This document shows positions 16,765 to 27,023 of a DNA stretch of 34,439 nucleotides, piece after piece (position 1 is the first letter of the stretch; every line of letters begins with the position of its first letter). The stretch covers positions 1 through 34,439 of the forward strand of contig CAZCME010000029.1 of NCBI GenBank assembly GCA_964499705.1. The letters are read 5' to 3'. Source of the stretch: an uncultured bacterium (GTDB lineage Bacteria; UBA8481). The notes below the pieces were generated by a model, which saw only the letters and a program-made list of their open reading frames with translations, was not told where the DNA came from and searched no databases. A program made the position numbers and the translations under genes.

Positions 16765-18191
16765 GCCATCGCATCGATTCCTGGAAACTGTCCGAGATCG
16801 CCGCCGCCGTCGGCGGCGAACTTCGCTCGCAGAATCCCGACCAGCCCGTTCTCGGGATCACGACGGATTCCCGGTCGATTCCGCCCCGCAGTCTCTTCGT
16901 GGCGCTGAAAGGCGAGCGGCACGACGCGCATTCCTTCATCCCGGCCGTTTCCGGAGCCGGTGCGCGCGCGGCGATCGTCGATCATTTCCTCCCGGCGCGC
17001 CTCGACTTCAGCCTGATCCGCGTGCCCGACACGACGCGCGCCCTGGGTGACCTGGCCCGCGCCTACCGCCGGAAATTCAGGTCCACCGTTGCGGCCGTCA
17101 CAGGAACGAGCGGAAAGACGACCACCAAGGATTTTCTTGCCGCGATCTGCCGCCGTCGTTTTCGGACCATCGCGACGACCGGAAATCTCAACAACCATAT
17201 CGGAGTGCCGCTCTCGCTGTTTCAGTTGACGTCCCGCACCGAGAAAGCGGTCATCGAGATGGGCATGAGCGACATGGGCGAGATCGCCAGGCTCGCGGAG
17301 ATCGCCGAACCCTCGATCGGAATCATCACCTCGATCGGTCCGTGCCACCTCGACAGGCTGATGAACGTGGAAGGTGTCATGAACGCGAAAGCCGAGCTCA
17401 TCGAATACCTGAACTCGACCAACGGCATGGTCATCCTGGATGCCGACCAGCAGCACTTCGAGATACTCTCCCGGCGGGTGACGTGCCGCCTGATTTCCGC
17501 TGGCGAACATTTCGCCGCGACCGTGCCCGTTCGCGACATCGCCGCGCGCGGGTACGAGCCCGCATCCTTCACGTATCGCGGGCTTCGCGTGGAGCTTCGG
17601 CACTACGGGCGGCACGCGGTCTCCAACGCGGTCCTGGCCATCGCGGCCGCGGAGACGATGGGAGTCGATCCGCTCGATATCGTGGAAGGTATCCGCGACG
17701 CGTGGCCGGCCTCGGGTCGCGCGAACCGGATCGCCTGCGAGGGAGTGACCATCATCGACGATGCCTATAACGCCAATCCGCTCTCCTATGCGGCCGCGCT
17801 CGCCGCGCTCGCCGGTTCCACCGCGAACCGCCGCATCGTCGTCATGGCGGACATGCTCGAACTGGGTCCGGACTCCGAGAAAATGCACGCGGAAACCGGA
17901 GCTCTCATCGCCCGCTCGGGTGTGGACATTCTCGTTCACCGGGGCGCCGCGTCTTTTCATGCCGCGAAGGCTTGCGCCGGAGTCCGTACGATCGCCTGCT
18001 CATCGAACGAGGAGATTTCCTCGACTCTGGACGGTCTCCTGCTGCCCGGGGATGTCGTTCTGGTGAAGGCTTCGCACAGCATGAAGCTCGATGAGGTGGT
18101 TCGAACCGTGGTCGAATCCCGTCGGAACCGCGTCAATCCGCTCGCGCGAAAAGCGTCCGGCATGCCGGATGTCATCAACCTGAAGCGCTGA
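16761..18191 (+). CDS. murF: UDP-MurNAc-tripeptide:D-Ala-D-Ala ligase MurF
   Basis: TGTSGKTTTKD, GNLNNHIGVPL, EMGMS..GEI, DDAYNANP, MLELG, LVKASH. Confidence 0.96.
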   Translation: MSHRIDSWKLSEIAAAVGGELRSQNPDQPVLGITTDSRSIPPRSLFVALKGERHDAHSFIPAVSGAGARAAIVDHFLPARLDFSLIRVPDTTRALGDLARAYRRKFRSTVAAVTGTSGKTTTKDFLAAICRRRFRTIATTGNLNNHIGVPLSLFQLTSRTEKAVIEMGMSDMGEIARLAEIAEPSIGIITSIGPCHLDRLMNVEGVMNAKAELIEYLNSTNGMVILDADQQHFEILSRRVTCRLISAGEHFAATVPVRDIAARGYEPASFTYRGLRVELRHYGRHAVSNAVLAIAAAETMGVDPLDIVEGIRDAWPASGRANRIACEGVTIIDDAYNANPLSYAAALAALAGSTANRRIVVMADMLELGPDSEKMHAETGALIARSGVDILVHRGAASFHAAKACAGVRTIACSSNEEISSTLDGLLLPGDVVLVKASHSMKLDEVVRTVVESRRNRVNPLARKASGMPDVINLKR

Positions 18192-18192
18192 G

Positions 18193-19308
18193 ATGCTCTA
18201 CCTCCTCTCCGCCTGGTCCACCCACTTCGGCCCGCTCCGCCTCTTCCAGTACATCACGGTGCGGACCGCGTTCGCGACAGCCACGGCCCTGTTCCTCTCG
18301 ATCGTCCTCGGCCCGCATTTCATCGCCGCATTGCAGCGGCTCTCCGTCGCGCACCTGGGCGAAAGAGACGAGCTTTCCTTCCACAATCACAAGCTCGGAA
18401 CGCCGACGATGGGAGGTCTTCTCGTCATCGGAGTGCTCTGTTTCACCATGATTCTCTTCGGTAATTTCGCGAATCGTTTCGTCTCCCTCATTCTCCTCAC
18501 GACCGTGGGACTGGCGTCCGTCGGATTCATCGATGATTTCCTGAAGCTCACGAAAAAAAATCCGAAGGGTCTTTCCGGCCGATACAAGCTCCTGGGCCAG
18601 GGGATCCTCGCCCTGACGGTCGGCTGTTCGCTTTATCTCCTGCCGACGGAAGCTGGTCAGCTCTGGCTCGATAAACCCGTCACGTTCGCGAACGGAACAA
18701 ACGTCTCCGTGCCGTTCTTGAAGACCGTCCTCATCCCGCTCGGGATCTTCTATATCCCGTTCGTCATGATCGTCATCGTCGGCGCTTCCAATGCCGTGAA
18801 CCTGACGGACGGGCTCGATGGCCTCGCAACCGGCTCCACGATCGCCTGCGCCGTGGCGCTGGGCGGCCTGACGTACCTCATCGGCAACGTTAATTTTTCC
18901 TCGTACTTGAACGTCATGTACGTCCGCGATGTCGGGGAGATCACCGTCTTCATCGGAGCTCTCATCGGCGCGCTTCTTGGTTTTCTCTGGTTCAACGCAT
19001 ATCCCGCCGAGGTCTTCATGGGGGATACCGGCTCGCTGGCCCTCGGCGGCGCGCTCGGCACGGTCGCGGTCATCATCAAGCAGGAGCTGACGCTCATCAT
19101 CATCGGCGGGATCTTCGTCGCGGAGGCGCTTTCCGTCATCATCCAGGTCTTCTCCTTCAAGACGACAGGCCGCCGCGTCTTCAAGATGGCGCCGCTGCAT
19201 CATCACTTCGAGCTCTCCGGCTGGCCGGAGCCGAAGGTGATCGTCCGCTTCTGGATCGTGGCCTTCATCCTCGCCCTCATGTCGCTGGCGACCCTGAAAC
19301 TCCGATAA
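18193..19308 (+). CDS. mraY: phospho-N-acetylmuramoyl-pentapeptide transferase MraY
   Basis: GTPTMGG, GFIDD, SNAVNLTDGLDGLA, FMGDTGSLALGG, FKMAPLHHHFE. Confidence 0.98.
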   Translation: MLYLLSAWSTHFGPLRLFQYITVRTAFATATALFLSIVLGPHFIAALQRLSVAHLGERDELSFHNHKLGTPTMGGLLVIGVLCFTMILFGNFANRFVSLILLTTVGLASVGFIDDFLKLTKKNPKGLSGRYKLLGQGILALTVGCSLYLLPTEAGQLWLDKPVTFANGTNVSVPFLKTVLIPLGIFYIPFVMIVIVGASNAVNLTDGLDGLATGSTIACAVALGGLTYLIGNVNFSSYLNVMYVRDVGEITVFIGALIGALLGFLWFNAYPAEVFMGDTGSLALGGALGTVAVIIKQELTLIIIGGIFVAEALSVIIQVFSFKTTGRRVFKMAPLHHHFELSGWPEPKVIVRFWIVAFILALMSLATLKLR

Positions 19309-19314
19309 CCGCCG

Positions 19315-20622
19315 ATGGCCTTCTCCTTCGATAACGCCCGCGTCACGATCCTCGGATGGGCCCGTTCCGGCCGCGCCGCCGCGCGCCTCGCCTCCGCCCG
19401 CGGCGCGCGCGTCTTCATTTCCGACGCGAAGCCGCGCGACAAGTTCGACGAGGAGGCGCTGACGGAGATCGCCTCCTTTGACCATGAGCTCGGCGGCCAT
19501 ACCGCTCGCGTGTTGGATGCCGATATCGTCATCCTCTCGCCGGGTATTCCGACAGATGTCCCGGCGCTCGCGGAATTCAAGGGGAAAATCTGGAGCGAGC
19601 TCGAACTGGCAGCGCGCATCATTCCCTGTCCTATCGTGGCCATAACGGGCACGAACGGCAAGACGACCACGACGACCCTTCTGGGCGAGATCCTGAAGAA
19701 GGGATGGAGGAAGGGGAGAGTGCATGTCGCGGGAAATATCGGCACCGCGGCCGCTCATGCCGCCGAGGAAGCGTGCCCGGACGATCTGTGCGTCCTGGAG
19801 ATTTCCTCGTTTCAGCTCGAAACCATCCGCGCGTTTCGTCCCCGGATCGCGGTCTGGCTGAATCTTCGTTCGGATCATCTCGACCGGTATTCCTCGATCG
19901 AGGAATACCAGGCGGCGAAGGAACGCATCTTCATGAACATGCGGGACCCGGACATCGCGATCGTTAACATCGACGATCCCCGGTCCGCGGAGTTGGCGGA
20001 CCGCCTGCGTGCGCGTAAACAGGACGGACCGCGGATCCTGACGATCTCGACCATCGAGTCCGCCGATTTCACGCCGGATGCGCTCTGCCAGGATCGGATC
20101 CTGAACGCCGCGAAATCGCCGGAGAATCTCCTCGCCGCCGTCGCCGTCGCCAGGCTGCTTCAAATCGGCGAGCCGGATATTCAAGCCTCCCTCGACTCGT
20201 TCCAGGGGCTCCCGCACCGCATCGAGCCGGTCGGAACCTGCGACGGCGTCGCGTTCTACGACGATTCGAAGGCCACGAACGTGCACTCCGTCGAAGCGGC
20301 CCTCAAGCGGCTGGATCCTCCGATCGTTCTCCTGATGGGCGGCCGGGACAAGGGAGAAAATTACCGCGAGCTTCATCGGCTCGTGAAGGAGAAATGCCGG
20401 GCCGTCGTTTCCTACGGGGAAGCCGCCGCGAGAATCAGGGAAACGCTGGGCGGAGATATCGTCCCGCGATTTGATGATGCGGTCCGGCATTCGTTCCGGC
20501 TTGCCCGGCCCGATGCGTGCGTTCTTCTCTCGCCCGCGTGCTCTTCCTACGACCAGTTCACCGATTACGCGGCGCGCGGAAACCGGTTCAAGGCGCTCGT
20601 TTCCGAATTGCGGGGCGTCTGA
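19315..20622 (+). CDS. murD: UDP-MurNAc-L-Ala:D-Glu ligase MurD
   Basis: SPGIP, ITGTNGKTTTT, GNIG, LEISSFQLE, DHLDRY, LPHRIE, DDSKATN, LSPACSSYDQF. Confidence 0.96.
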   Translation: MAFSFDNARVTILGWARSGRAAARLASARGARVFISDAKPRDKFDEEALTEIASFDHELGGHTARVLDADIVILSPGIPTDVPALAEFKGKIWSELELAARIIPCPIVAITGTNGKTTTTTLLGEILKKGWRKGRVHVAGNIGTAAAHAAEEACPDDLCVLEISSFQLETIRAFRPRIAVWLNLRSDHLDRYSSIEEYQAAKERIFMNMRDPDIAIVNIDDPRSAELADRLRARKQDGPRILTISTIESADFTPDALCQDRILNAAKSPENLLAAVAVARLLQIGEPDIQASLDSFQGLPHRIEPVGTCDGVAFYDDSKATNVHSVEAALKRLDPPIVLLMGGRDKGENYRELHRLVKEKCRAVVSYGEAAARIRETLGGDIVPRFDDAVRHSFRLARPDACVLLSPACSSYDQFTDYAARGNRFKALVSELRGV

Positions 20623-21818
20623 TGAGCGCGAAGCGCGTCAGGCGCAGTGGAACGCCAGCCGCTTCGGGGGCTATGAAAACCCTGGGACGACGCACCGCCT
20701 CGCCGACGTTTCTCACCGCGGAGGATCTCTCGGCGCCGCCGGATTCCACGCTCGCTACCGCGACCGTTCTCCTGATGGCGATCGGCCTCGTGTCCGTCTA
20801 TTCCGCCGGCATCATGGAAGGGGAGCAGGTCTTCGATTCCACCGGCCACTTCCTGCTGCGGCAGTCCATCGCCGCCGTGCTGGGCATCGGAGCCATGATC
20901 TGGGCGTCGCGGTTACCGCTCGCGAAGATCGAGCACTACACGACGCTCTTCGGACTCGGCACGCTCCTCATCCTGCTCATCGTCCTCATCCCGGGAATCG
21001 GCACGAAGATCAGCGGAGCCCGCCGCTGGATACGCCTGGGGCCAGTCAGCTTTCAACCGTCCGAATTCGCCCGCCTGGCGACGGTCATGCTCGTCGCGAA
21101 ATACGCCGCGTCGCACTCCGAAGAAATCCGTACGTTCAAGGGTGTTTGCAAATCTCTGATCCTCCCGACGATGTTCGCCGCGCTCATTCTCGCGGAGCCG
21201 GATTTCGACACGGGGCTCATGGTCCTCCTCATCGGCGCGCTCATTCTCTTCGTCGCCGGAATTCCCTGGATCTACGTCGTGGGCGGAGCATCCGCCGGCC
21301 TCGCCGCCGCCGCGGGTCTCATCATCGTCGCGCCGTATCGACTTCAGCGCATCGCCGGATTTCTCGATCCCTGGTCGGACATGCGGGGCAAGGGTTACCA
21401 CATCATCCAGAGCTGGATCGCAATGGGGAGCGGCGGCTTTTTCGGCAAGGGGCTCGGTGGATCCGTGCAGAAGCTGGGATTCCTGCCGGAAGCGCATACG
21501 GACTTCATCTTTGCCATCATCGCGGAGGAGTGGGGATTTGTCGGCGCGACCGTCATCGTCATGCTCTTCTGCGTCATCGCCTGGCGCGGTTATCGGATCG
21601 CGCTGGCGCAGACCATTCCCTTCGCCCGCTACCTTGGAATGGGCATCACGGCGATGGTGACGCTCCAGGCGCTCCTTAACCTTCTCGTCGTCTCGGGTCT
21701 CGCGCCCACGACCGGCGTGCCGCTTCCGCTCGTCTCCTACGGCGGCACCAGCCTCGTCTTCATGACATCGTCCCTGGGAATTCTCTGGGGACTCTCGCGA
21801 AGAAGCCCGCAGGCATGA
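20622..21818 (+). CDS. ftsW: SEDS peptidoglycan polymerase FtsW
   Basis: GARRWI.LG..SFQPSE, EPDF, GSGG..GKGLG, LPEAHTDFIFAII.EE.G, GVPLPLVSYGGTS; start chosen at the ATG overlapping the murD stop. Confidence 0.95.
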   Translation: MSAKRVRRSGTPAASGAMKTLGRRTASPTFLTAEDLSAPPDSTLATATVLLMAIGLVSVYSAGIMEGEQVFDSTGHFLLRQSIAAVLGIGAMIWASRLPLAKIEHYTTLFGLGTLLILLIVLIPGIGTKISGARRWIRLGPVSFQPSEFARLATVMLVAKYAASHSEEIRTFKGVCKSLILPTMFAALILAEPDFDTGLMVLLIGALILFVAGIPWIYVVGGASAGLAAAAGLIIVAPYRLQRIAGFLDPWSDMRGKGYHIIQSWIAMGSGGFFGKGLGGSVQKLGFLPEAHTDFIFAIIAEEWGFVGATVIVMLFCVIAWRGYRIALAQTIPFARYLGMGITAMVTLQALLNLLVVSGLAPTTGVPLPLVSYGGTSLVFMTSSLGILWGLSRRSPQA

Positions 21819-21828
21819 GCGCATCGTC

Positions 21829-22890
21829 ATGAAGATCGCGATCGCCGGAGGCGGAACCGGCGGACATATCTATCCGGGCATCGCGGTCGCCGAGGAGATC
21901 GTCCGGCGCGGCGGTGAGGCATTCTTCATCGGCACGGAGCGGGGCCTCGAATCGAAGATCGTTCCCCATTCCGGATTTCCGTTCCGCATCGTGGCCGCGG
22001 CTCCCATGAAGCGCGGCCAGTGGGCGCAGAACGCGGCATCCCTGCTGAACAATTTCAGGGGATTCCTGGAAGCGCGGAATATCCTGCGCGCGGAGCGGCC
22101 AGCGGCCGTCCTGGGCACGGGCGGCTACGTCAGCTTCGCCGCGTGCAGCGCCGCCCGGGCGCTGGGTCTGCCGCTCGCCCTCCACGAGCAGAACGCGATT
22201 CCGGGCCTGGCAAACCGCGTTCTCGCGCGCTTCGCGTCGGTTGTCATGACCGCCTGGAGCGGCGTGAAGACCGGAACCGCCGCGAAAGTCGTGGGCCTTC
22301 CCGTTCGCGCCGACTTCGCGAAAATGAACCGCGCCGAGGCGAGAGCAAGATTGAACCTGCCCCCGGACGCGCGCGTGCTCCTCGTCTTCGGCGGTTCCCG
22401 AGGCGCGGCTTCCCTCAACAGGGCCGTTTCATCCTTCGCGAGGAAGCTGGAAAATATCCATCTCATCTGGGCCACAGGCGCCGATCATTATGACGCCATG
22501 CTGTCCACTCTCGGAGAACTCCCGTCGAACCTGAGGTTGTTTCCCTATCTCGACGACATGCCCGCGGCCTTTCATGCGGCGGATCTGATCGTCGCCCGTT
22601 CCGGAGCGATGACGCTCGCGGAGCTGGCCGCATGCGGCCGTCCGTCCATCCTGGTTCCGTTTCCGCACGCTACCGGAGATCACCAGACCGCCAACGCACG
22701 GGCCTTCGTCGACGCGGGAGCCGCCGCGATGATCCGCGATGCGAACATTGAGAAAGAGTTGTATGCTGCTTTGATGGAATTGATGGCGGATTGCCCGAGG
22801 CGAGTCGCGATGGCGGAGCGAGCCAGGTCGCAGGCTCGTCCCGACGCCGCTATTAGGATCGTCGATATTTTAGAGGAGCTGGTGCGATGA
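21829..22890 (+). CDS. murG: undecaprenyl-PP-MurNAc-pentapeptide GlcNAc transferase MurG
   Basis: GGGTGGHIYP, GTGGYVS, HEQNA.PG.ANR, FGGSRGA, RSGA.T..E, HQ..NA. Confidence 0.97.
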   Translation: MKIAIAGGGTGGHIYPGIAVAEEIVRRGGEAFFIGTERGLESKIVPHSGFPFRIVAAAPMKRGQWAQNAASLLNNFRGFLEARNILRAERPAAVLGTGGYVSFAACSAARALGLPLALHEQNAIPGLANRVLARFASVVMTAWSGVKTGTAAKVVGLPVRADFAKMNRAEARARLNLPPDARVLLVFGGSRGAASLNRAVSSFARKLENIHLIWATGADHYDAMLSTLGELPSNLRLFPYLDDMPAAFHAADLIVARSGAMTLAELAACGRPSILVPFPHATGDHQTANARAFVDAGAAAMIRDANIEKELYAALMELMADCPRRVAMAERARSQARPDAAIRIVDILEELVR

Positions 22891-22909
22891 ACTTCATCCT
22901 TCTCCTGCC

Positions 22910-24331
22910 ATGATCCGTCTTCAGCGCATCCACTTCATCGGGATCGGCGGAACGGGCATGAGCGGGATCGCGGAGATCCTGCTGACGCTCGGATACCGCG
23001 TCAGCGGTTCCGACGTCAAATCCTCCCCCGTGACGGACAGGCTCGAAAAACTCGGCGCCCGAATCTCCATCGGCCATCGCTTCGATAACGTCGGGGAGGT
23101 CGATGCCGTGGTCGTGTCCACCGCGATCAGCCGCGAGAATCCGGAAGTGCGCGTCGCGCGCGACCGCGGCATTCCCGTTGTGCCGCGCGCGGAGATGCTC
23201 GCGGAGCTGATGCGCCTCAAGTACGGCATCGCGATCGCGGGCACTCACGGCAAGACGACGACGACCTCCATGACCGCCATGGTCCTGACAGAAGGCGGGC
23301 TCGATCCCACCGTCATCATCGGTGGCCGGCTCGAACAGCTCGGCTCCGGCGCCAAGCGCGGCGCGGGAGATTATTTCGTCGCGGAAGCGGACGAGTCCGA
23401 TGGATCGTTTCTCAAGCTCTCCCCGACGGTCTCCGTCGTCACCAACATCGACGACGATCATCTCGACTACTACGGCGACATGGGCAAGCTGACTTCGACG
23501 TTTCATGAGTTCATGAATCGTGTTCCCTTCTACGGGTTCGGCGTGATCTGCGCCGACGATCCCCGTCTCCGGGGCCTCGTCGCGATGTCCAGCCGACGCA
23601 TGGTGACCTACGGCATCGGCAGCGACGCGGATGTGCGCGCGGACAACATCGAGATGACCGCTACGGGTTCGACGTATTCGCTCTTCCGGAAAACCGAGAA
23701 CCTCGGCCGCGTGACGCTCGCCGTCTTCGGCCGGCATAATGTCGCCAACTCCCTCGCCGCCGCCACGGTCGGCCTGGAGCTGGGCATGGCGCCGGATAAG
23801 GTGATCGCCGGGCTCGGTCAGTTCACCGGCGTCGACCGGCGCATGCAAGCGATCGGGGAAGGGAATGCCGCCGACGGCGGCACATGGCGCGTCTTCGACG
23901 ATTACGGCCATCATCCCACCGAGTTGACCGCCACGATCGCCGCCGCGAGACAATTGAGCGGAAAGGGTCGCGTCATCGTCTTCTTCCAGCCGCACCGTTT
24001 CTCGCGAACCGCGCTCTTGTACGACAAATTCGCGACCGCGCTCTCCGCCGCCGACGGCGTGTATCTTCTGCCGGTCTATTCCGCTGGCGAAGCGCCGCGC
24101 GAGGGCGTCACGACACAGCTCATCGAGGATTCGCTTGTTCTGAAGGGCTACACGAATTTCCGATCGCTTGCCCCGCAGGATGCCCTCGCGGACGTCGTCG
24201 GCGAGCTTCGTGATGGAGATGTCGTTCTGACGATGGGAGCGGGGGACGTCACTTATCTTGGGGCGAAGCTTGTGGAGGCGTCGGGCGCCTCTTCACGGAT
24301 CGCCGCGGCCGGATGCGGAGTGTCCGCATGA
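22910..24331 (+). CDS. murC: UDP-MurNAc:L-Ala ligase MurC
   Basis: IHFIGIGGTGMSGIA, AGTHGKTTTT, EADESDGSF, DDYGHHPTE, FQPHRFSRT, MGAGD. Confidence 0.97.
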   Translation: MIRLQRIHFIGIGGTGMSGIAEILLTLGYRVSGSDVKSSPVTDRLEKLGARISIGHRFDNVGEVDAVVVSTAISRENPEVRVARDRGIPVVPRAEMLAELMRLKYGIAIAGTHGKTTTTSMTAMVLTEGGLDPTVIIGGRLEQLGSGAKRGAGDYFVAEADESDGSFLKLSPTVSVVTNIDDDHLDYYGDMGKLTSTFHEFMNRVPFYGFGVICADDPRLRGLVAMSSRRMVTYGIGSDADVRADNIEMTATGSTYSLFRKTENLGRVTLAVFGRHNVANSLAAATVGLELGMAPDKVIAGLGQFTGVDRRMQAIGEGNAADGGTWRVFDDYGHHPTELTATIAAARQLSGKGRVIVFFQPHRFSRTALLYDKFATALSAADGVYLLPVYSAGEAPREGVTTQLIEDSLVLKGYTNFRSLAPQDALADVVGELRDGDVVLTMGAGDVTYLGAKLVEASGASSRIAAAGCGVSA

Positions 24332-25293
24332 GCGCGAACGGCGCGGCCGGGGCCGCTTCGCCCGAGGTGCGCATTCTCGGCGCGAGAGCGCACAGGATCG
24401 GGAGCATCGAGGAGGTCATGGTCACGATCGGTGCTCAGCCGAACGAACCGATGAGCCGCCATACGACGCTTCATATCGGAGGTCCGGCCGACTGGTATCT
24501 GGAGGCGGAAACGATTGACGACATCGCCGTCGCGAGGATTCTCGCCCGCAGCCGCGAGCTCCCCGTCGTCCTGATCGGAAACGGATCGAATATTCTCGTC
24601 GGCGACCTGGGCATCAGGGGGCTTGTCATCAAGCCCAGCGCGGGTCTGGCGACCATCACCGATATCGGCACGGGACTCCTGCAGGTCGGAGCCGGAGTGC
24701 GACTGCCCGAGCTGGCCCGCTATTTTCGTGAGGAGGGCGTGGGCGGCATGGAATGGGGTTTTGGCGTGCCCGGTTGCGTCGGCGGGGGCATCTTCATGAA
24801 TGCCGGAACCAGGGACGGCGAGATGAAGGATGTCGTCGAAAGCGTCATCATTGTGGGGCGCGGAGGCCGCGCGGAGGAACTGCCCGCCGCGGAATGCGGA
24901 TTCGCCTACCGCACCTCGCGCTTTCAGCGGACCGGCGAGATCATCGGCGGCGCCATTGTGCGACTTCCGGACAAGCCTTACGATCCGGAGAAGGCGCGCC
25001 GCGCCCTGGATGACCGGAAGAAATCGCAGCCCCTGCAGATGCCGAACTGCGGCTCCGTCTTCACGAATCCTCCCGGTGATTACGCCGCGCGCCTCATGGA
25101 AGAGTGCGGACTGAAAGGCCGCACGGTGGGAGGAGCGCAGATATCGAAGCTGCATGCGAACTTCATCGTCAATCTCGGCAACGCGACCGCGCGTGACGTC
25201 TGCGCCCTGATGGATATCGCCGCGCGCGAGGTGAAACAGAAGTTCGACATCGATCTGCATTCCGAAGTCAGAAAGGTAGGTGAGTTTTCATGA
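24328..25293 (+). CDS. murB: UDP-N-acetylenolpyruvoylglucosamine reductase MurB
   Basis: HTT..IGGPA, IGNGSNILV.D.G, PG.VGG...MNAG, F.YR.S, QP...PNCGSVF.NP, HANFIVN; ATGA overlap with murC. Confidence 0.95.
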   Translation: MSANGAAGAASPEVRILGARAHRIGSIEEVMVTIGAQPNEPMSRHTTLHIGGPADWYLEAETIDDIAVARILARSRELPVVLIGNGSNILVGDLGIRGLVIKPSAGLATITDIGTGLLQVGAGVRLPELARYFREEGVGGMEWGFGVPGCVGGGIFMNAGTRDGEMKDVVESVIIVGRGGRAEELPAAECGFAYRTSRFQRTGEIIGGAIVRLPDKPYDPEKARRALDDRKKSQPLQMPNCGSVFTNPPGDYAARLMEECGLKGRTVGGAQISKLHANFIVNLGNATARDVCALMDIAAREVKQKFDIDLHSEVRKVGEFS

Positions 25294-26210
25294 GAGTCGC
25301 CGTTCTGCTGGGAGGAATGTCCCGCGAGCGCGAAGTATCGCTGAGGACGGGTAGCGCCGTGCTCTCGGCCCTGTCGAAGCTCGGATACGACGGCGTCGCC
25401 ATCGATCCCGGCCGGGGCGTCGCGCGCGACCTGATGGAGTCCGCAGCTGATGTCGTCTTCATCGCCCTGCACGGGCGCTATGGCGAGGACGGCACCATGC
25501 AGGGGCTCTGCGAAATCCTGGGATTTCCCTATACCGGCTCGGGCGTCCTTGCGTCGTCCGCCGCCATGGACAAGATCTTCACGAAGCGCATCTTCCGCGC
25601 GTCCGGTCTCCCGACTCCCGACTTCCTCGTCTCGGACGAGAAACTTGCCGTGGTGAGCGACCGGATAGACTCGCCCCCGTTTCCTCCGCCGTATGTCGTC
25701 AAGCCCGCTTCGGAAGGCTCGTCCATCGGGATGTCGATCGTGCATGACGCGGCTCAATTGCCGATGGCGATCCGTTCCGCGCATACGCACGACGCGAAGG
25801 TGCTCGTGGAGCGATTCGTCAAGGGCGTCGAAGTGACCGTCGCCGTCATCGGCGGCAACGACCCGATGCCGCTCCCCGTCATCCAGGTCCTGCCGAAGTC
25901 GGGCCAGTACGATTACGCCTCGAAATACACGCCTGGTGCCACCGAATACATCATACCGCCCCGCCTGCCCGCCGCGACGATCTCCGACTGCCAGTCGCTG
26001 GGCCTCGCCGCTCATCGGGCGCTGGGCTGTTCCGGCATGAGCCGCGTCGACATGATCATCGGCGAGAGCGGCATAGAAATCCTGGAAGTGAATACGATTC
26101 CCGGCATGACGGAGACATCGCTCCTGCCGAAGGCCGCGCGCGCGTCCGGCATCGAATTTCATGACCTCATCGATCGGATCATCCGGTGGGGCATGGAGGC
26201 GCGCCGGTGA
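25290..26210 (+). CDS. ddl: D-alanine--D-alanine ligase
   Basis: GG.SREREVSL, LHG..GEDG..QG, VVKP..EGSSIG, YDY..KY, LEVNTIPGMT..SLLP. Confidence 0.97.
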   Translation: MRVAVLLGGMSREREVSLRTGSAVLSALSKLGYDGVAIDPGRGVARDLMESAADVVFIALHGRYGEDGTMQGLCEILGFPYTGSGVLASSAAMDKIFTKRIFRASGLPTPDFLVSDEKLAVVSDRIDSPPFPPPYVVKPASEGSSIGMSIVHDAAQLPMAIRSAHTHDAKVLVERFVKGVEVTVAVIGGNDPMPLPVIQVLPKSGQYDYASKYTPGATEYIIPPRLPAATISDCQSLGLAAHRALGCSGMSRVDMIIGESGIEILEVNTIPGMTETSLLPKAARASGIEFHDLIDRIIRWGMEARR

Positions 26211-27019
26211 AGCGGGAAAAAGCGGCCGTCGTGAGGACGCAGGCTCGCGTCCGCGGCAAAGGTTCGCGGGGCGGCGGCGGCGGCATTTCAGCGGCGGCCA
26301 GCGACAAGCTCTCGACCGTGATCGCCGGAGCCATCGTGCTTGCGGTCGTGGCCGCCATCTGCATTCTCGTCACGACCATGGCTCAGCGCGCCTGGAAGTA
26401 CGCCGTCGACACGGACAGGCTGTACGTCGAGGCGATCGTCGTCAACGGTGCCAGGGCATTGACCGTCGACGAGGTGATCGCGATCTCGGGACTGAAACGC
26501 AATGAGCCGATCCTCTCCGTCGATCTCGCCGCCGCCGCCGAGCGCATCATGAAGCATGCGCGCGTGGAGAAAGCCGTGGTCGAACGACACCTGCCCCGCA
26601 CGATCGAGGTGAACGTGACGGAACGCGTTCCCATCGGCCTTGTACATGAGGGCGCCGTCATCAAGGGGATCGATGCTTCCGGCAAGATCGTCCCCCTCAT
26701 CCCCGCGCGCGAGGATATAAAGGGCCCGATCATTACCGGTGACCTGAAGGATCTCTCCTCCGAGATCGTCCGGGAGGCTCTTCAAGCGATCGAGCTGATG
26801 CGCCCCGATCTCGTGACGCGAATTTCCGAAGTCCGCGTCGACCCGAACGGAGGCATCACTCTTCTGACGACAGGCCAGACCGTCGTGATCCGGCTCGGCC
26901 GCGGCGAAATGCCCCGCAAGATCGAGCGCCTGAAAACGGCCATCAAGAGATTCGAAGAGCGTGGCGAAGTAAAGGAATACATCGACGTTCGCTTCGAGGA
27001 TCTGGTGACACGGCCATAG
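26207..27019 (+). CDS. ftsQ: cell division protein FtsQ/DivIB
   Basis: Basic N-tail, one TM segment, POTRA domain (V..A.VER.LP.TI.V.VTER.P), C-terminal YIDVRF; GTGA overlap with ddl. Confidence 0.9.
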   Translation: MKREKAAVVRTQARVRGKGSRGGGGGISAAASDKLSTVIAGAIVLAVVAAICILVTTMAQRAWKYAVDTDRLYVEAIVVNGARALTVDEVIAISGLKRNEPILSVDLAAAAERIMKHARVEKAVVERHLPRTIEVNVTERVPIGLVHEGAVIKGIDASGKIVPLIPAREDIKGPIITGDLKDLSSEIVREALQAIELMRPDLVTRISEVRVDPNGGITLLTTGQTVVIRLGRGEMPRKIERLKTAIKRFEERGEVKEYIDVRFEDLVTRP

Positions 27020-27023
27020 GGCC